64,000 nt of DNA from Dehalococcoidia bacterium (GTDB lineage Bacteria; Chloroflexota; Dehalococcoidia; UBA2979). Of the stretch, positions 60,753 to 64,000 are shown piece by piece. Where the stretch lies: contig OZ252046.1 in the NCBI GenBank assembly GCA_965247895.1, positions 2,832,039 through 2,896,038 on the forward strand, read 5' to 3'. Each line of letters opens with the position of its first letter. Position 1 is the stretch's first letter. Made by a program: the position numbers and the translations under genes. The notes beneath the pieces are model-generated. The model ran no database searches. It was given only the letters and a program-made list of their open reading frames with translations, and was not told the origin of the DNA.

Positions 60753-61788
60753 CTGTAGTTCCCACGTAGGTTGTTGCAGGTGAGGGGCTCCGCCTGCTGC
60801 TGTGTGTGTGTGACGAACGCACCAGTAGCAGGAGAGGAGCCTCTCGTGGCACATCCTAACGCGCGTCTGACTCCGGCCACCCGGCTGGAGCTGGTTCTGG
60901 AGGTCGAGGCCGGCTGGTCGCAGGCGGAGGTTGCGCGGCGCTTCCGGGTTTCTCGTGCGACGGTCGCCAAGTGGTGGCGCCGCTACCGGGAGGAGGGTGC
61001 GGCCGGGCTCCGCGACCGCAGCTCCGCTCCGCGTTCCAACCCGCGCCGCACCGCAGCCGCGCTCGAGCAGCGCATCTGCGCCGTGCGCCGCAGCCAGGGG
61101 TTCGGGCCGCACCGCATTGCCTGGGCGCTCGGGATCGCCCGCTCCACCGTCTACGCCGTGCTCAGGCGCTTCGGTCTCAACCGCCTCGACCGGCTGCACC
61201 GCGTCACCCGCGCGGTGGTCCGCTACGAGCACCCCGCCCCCGGCGACCTGCTGCATATCGACGTGAAAAAGCTGGGCCGCATCCCCGAGGGCGGCGGACA
61301 CCGCGTGCGCGGGCGCTCCGCCCGGACCCCGCGCACCCGCGGCCTCGACTACCTCCACGTCGCCGTCGACGACCACAGCCGCTACGCCTACGTCGCCGCC
61401 CTGCCCGACGAGCGCGGCCCCAGCTGCGCCGCCTTCCTCGAGCAGGCGCTCGCCGCCTTCGGCCGCCGCGGCGTGCGCGTGCGCGGCGTGCTCACGGACA
61501 ACGCGAAGGTCTACACCGTCTCCGGCGACTTCCGCCGCGTGGCTGCCGCCGCTGGCGTGGAACTGCGGCACACCCGGCCCTACCGCCCGCAAACCAACGG
61601 CAAGGCCGAGCGCTTCATCCAGATCCTGCAGAACGAGTGGGCCTACGCCCGCCCCTACCGCTCCAACGCCGAGCGGCTGCACCAGCTCCCGCGCTGGCTC
61701 TACCGCTACAATGCTCGCCGGCCACACGGCGGTATCGGCGGGGCTGTCCCCGCCTCACGCCTGTAAACAACGTTCGTGGGAACTACAG
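60753..61788 (+). mobile_element. IS481-family insertion sequence
   Basis: Perfect 14-bp IRs CTGTAGTTCCCACG / CGTGGGAACTACAG flanked by CTAG (60749-60752, 61789-61792). Confidence 0.93.
60846..61766 (+). CDS. IS481-family transposase
   Basis: AHPNARLT, LHIDVKKLGRIP, VDDHSR, LTDN, PQTNGKAERF. Confidence 0.94.
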   Translation: MAHPNARLTPATRLELVLEVEAGWSQAEVARRFRVSRATVAKWWRRYREEGAAGLRDRSSAPRSNPRRTAAALEQRICAVRRSQGFGPHRIAWALGIARSTVYAVLRRFGLNRLDRLHRVTRAVVRYEHPAPGDLLHIDVKKLGRIPEGGGHRVRGRSARTPRTRGLDYLHVAVDDHSRYAYVAALPDERGPSCAAFLEQALAAFGRRGVRVRGVLTDNAKVYTVSGDFRRVAAAAGVELRHTRPYRPQTNGKAERFIQILQNEWAYARPYRSNAERLHQLPRWLYRYNARRPHGGIGGAVPASRL

Positions 61789-63044
61789 CTAGCGCGCGGC
61801 GGTTGATGAACGGCACCACCGAAAAGGTGGCCCCCTCCGACATCTGCACGAAGATGCTGAACACGATCATCGCGGGAATCGCGAGCAGCAGGACGTCCAT
61901 CCGCGAGAAGACGAGCAGCGCGACGCCCTCGAACAGCAGCACGCCGCCGAGGAACATCACCCGGCCGCGCAGCCCGAAGCGCATGCCCGTGAGGTCGCCG
62001 AAGGCGCCGCCGAGCGTGCGCGCGAAGAGATTCATCAGCCCGAACAGCCCGGCGATCAGCCCCGCCATGCCGACGCTCAGCTCGAAGCGGTCGTAGTAGT
62101 AGAGCGCCGCCACGTTGTTGATGGTCAGCTCGATGCCGAAGCTGGCGCCGTAGATGACGAACAGCGCCCAGACGCGGTGGTCACGCGCCGCCTCCATGAA
62201 GGAGCCGCGGGTGTTCGCGACCGGCGGCAGGTCGCCGCGCTCGCGCAGCTCGTCGAAGTTGCCCTCGGGCGCGTCCTGCGTGAAGACGTGATACGCGATA
62301 CCGGTAAGGAAGAGGGCGACGCCGGGGACGATCATCGCCAGGCGCCAGCCGACCGCCTCGCTGACGCCGAAGGTGACGATCGCCGTCAGCAGCAGCGGCA
62401 TGACCATCTGGGTCACGCCGCCTCCGAGGTTCCCCCAGCCCGCCGTCGTCGCGTTGGCCGTGCCGACAATGTTGGGGGCGAACATGACCGAGGTGTGGTA
62501 CTGCGTGATCACGAACGAGGCCCCGATCACGCCGATCGCGAGCCGGAACAGCAGGAACGTCTCGTAGTCCTGCGCGAACCCGATGCCCATCACCGGCAGC
62601 GAGCCGACGATCAGCAGCCAGGTGTAGGCGCGGCGCGGCCCGTAGCGGTCGCTCAGCCAGCCGATCGCGAGCCTCGCGAGGACCGTGATCGCCACCGAGG
62701 CGATCACCGTGTTGCCGATCTGCGCCTTCGTGAGGTCCAGATCCTCGCGCACGATCACCATCAGCGGGGCGATGCCGAACCAGCCGAAGAAGGCGAGGAA
62801 GAAGGCGAGGAAGAAGGCGAACCACGTCATGTGGAACGCGCGCATCTGCACACGCTTGAAGTTGAACAACTCGATTCGCGTCGCCTGCTGCCGGATCTGT
62901 CCTGAGTCCATGCGCGCTCTCCTCCTTCCGCAGCTCGTCACGGTTCAGCATCGAAGGTAGGAGGCGGGCGTTACCGCGCCGTTCCGCGCGCGTGAAGCCC
63001 GCGAGAAGGCTCGCCTGCGGGCGGATTGCGGCGCTGTTTCGGTA

Positions 63045-64000
63045 CTACGTCCCCGCCCGCGGCGCCGCGGCGGGAGCCTCGAGGGGTTCGACGCGCACAG
63101 CGGCGAACTTCAGCTCCGGCTGCTTGGAGCGCGGGTCGATCGCCTCGCTGGTCGAGCTGTTGGCCACGGAGTGGCGGGCCTGCAGCTCGCCCCAGTGGAA
63201 CGGGGCGAAGACGGCGCCGCGGCGGATCCGGTCCGTCAGCCGGGTCTTCAGCTGCAGGCTGCCGCGCCGCGAGCTGACGCGCACGACCTGCTCGTCGCTC
63301 ACGCCGAGGCCTCGGGCGTCCTCGGGGTGCATCTCGAGGAACGGCTCGCGCTCGCTGCGCATCAGCTTCGCCACCTTGCCGGTGCGCGTCATCGTGTGCC
63401 ACTGGTCCTTCACGCGGCCGGTCAGCAGGGCCAGCGGGTACTCCTCGCTGAGCGCGTCCGCCGGGGGGCGGAACGCGGGCGCGTGGAAGCGCGCCCGGCC
63501 GTCCGGCGTCGGGAAGCGCCCCTGCTCGAACAGCCTCGGCGAGGGCGTCTCCACGCTCTCGCCCGCCTCGCCGTGCGCGACCTCCGGGTACGGCCACTGC
63601 ACGCCGGCGCTGGAGCGGCGCAGCAGCTCGTAGCTCACCCCGGTGATGTCGAGGTCGCGCCCGCGCGTCAGCGCGCGGTACTCCTCGAAGATCGACTCGG
63701 TGTCCTCGTAGCCGAAGTCGTCGCCATGGCCGAGCGCCTCGGCGACGCGGCAGATGATCCGCCAGTCGGGCAGCGCGAGGCCGGGCGGCTCGCCGATCTG
63801 TTCGAGCAGGCAGATGCGCCGCTCGCTGTTGGTCATCGTGCCCGGCCGCTCGGACCACTGCGCGGCCGGCAGCAGCACGTCGGCGAGGCGGCCCGTCTCC
63901 GTCGGGTAGTAGGCGTCCTGCACCACCACCAGTTCGGCGCGCCGGAAGGCGGCGCGCACCCGCTCGGTGTTCGGCAGCGAGGCGACGGGGTTCGAGGCGG
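63045..64000 (-). CDS. Molybdopterin oxidoreductase, assimilatory nitrate reductase catalytic subunit (C-terminal part; 5' end outside window)
   Basis: NPVASLP, VVQDAY, ADVLLPAAQWSE, GTMTNSERR, LTGRVKDQWHTMTRTG, APFHW, DPRSKQPELK; upstream of narK. Confidence 0.88.
   Translation of the reverse strand, partial: ASNPVASLPNTERVRAAFRRAELVVVQDAYYPTETGRLADVLLPAAQWSERPGTMTNSERRICLLEQIGEPPGLALPDWRIICRVAEALGHGDDFGYEDTESIFEEYRALTRGRDLDITGVSYELLRRSSAGVQWPYPEVAHGEAGESVETPSPRLFEQGRFPTPDGRARFHAPAFRPPADALSEEYPLALLTGRVKDQWHTMTRTGKVAKLMRSEREPFLEMHPEDARGLGVSDEQVVRVSSRRGSLQLKTRLTDRIRRGAVFAPFHWGELQARHSVANSSTSEAIDPRSKQPELKFAAVRVEPLEAPAAAPRAGT

Larger units (their letters stand above)
60486..62911 (-). pseudogene. 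narK: NarK-family nitrate/nitrite MFS transporter disrupted by an IS481-family element
   Basis: AFHMTW, FAPNIVGTANATTAGWGNLGGG, EGATFSVVPFINRRAL | GSVAGIVGAGGN; the two halves rejoin in frame when the IS and one CTAG are removed. Confidence 0.92.

Noticed and set aside
53734-64000. Selenoprotein genes near selC
   Set aside because: I found no in-frame TGA at a catalytic Cys position in the genes visible here; the nitrate reductase N-terminus is outside the window.

Overview
High-GC (about 70% by eye) bacterial chromosome segment, most consistent with a Chloroflexota/Dehalococcoidia-type organism: F420 genes, GAAC-N4-GTTC LexA boxes, and many 'C-GDDD' lipoproteins. The taxonomy is an inference. 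It carries housekeeping and metabolic genes (htrA-like, sppA, npdG, cofE, holA, lexA, mgtE, tag, thiolase and 3-hydroxyacyl-CoA dehydrogenase, ABC and MFS transporters, narK and a nitrate reductase), tRNA-His and tRNA-Sec. Main observations: (1) A DUF5131 (three-Cys, radical-SAM-like) plus TcmP methyltransferase-like pair of unknown function has a perfect LexA box right before its RBS, suggesting an uncharacterised SOS-inducible DNA modification or repair module; it is now split by a stack of three IS. (2) All six IS copies, from three families (IS630, IS5, IS481), sit in CTAG targets and pile up on each other's ends. (3) A threonine/serine dehydratase gene has about 20 codons replaced by about 1 kb of foreign DNA with no mobility gene. 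(4) A tRNA-Sec-adjacent cupredoxin locus was built by nested duplications and leaves a fossil half-tRNA. (5) Other oddities are tandem Cys-rich zinc-finger paralogs, a membrane-anchored coiled-coil protein with a putative RelE-like domain, a pseudo-protease and a half-inactive double nitrilase. Single-G indels in mgtE, hicA and one IS5 copy may be sequencing errors. All product calls come from motif recognition by eye; no database search was run.
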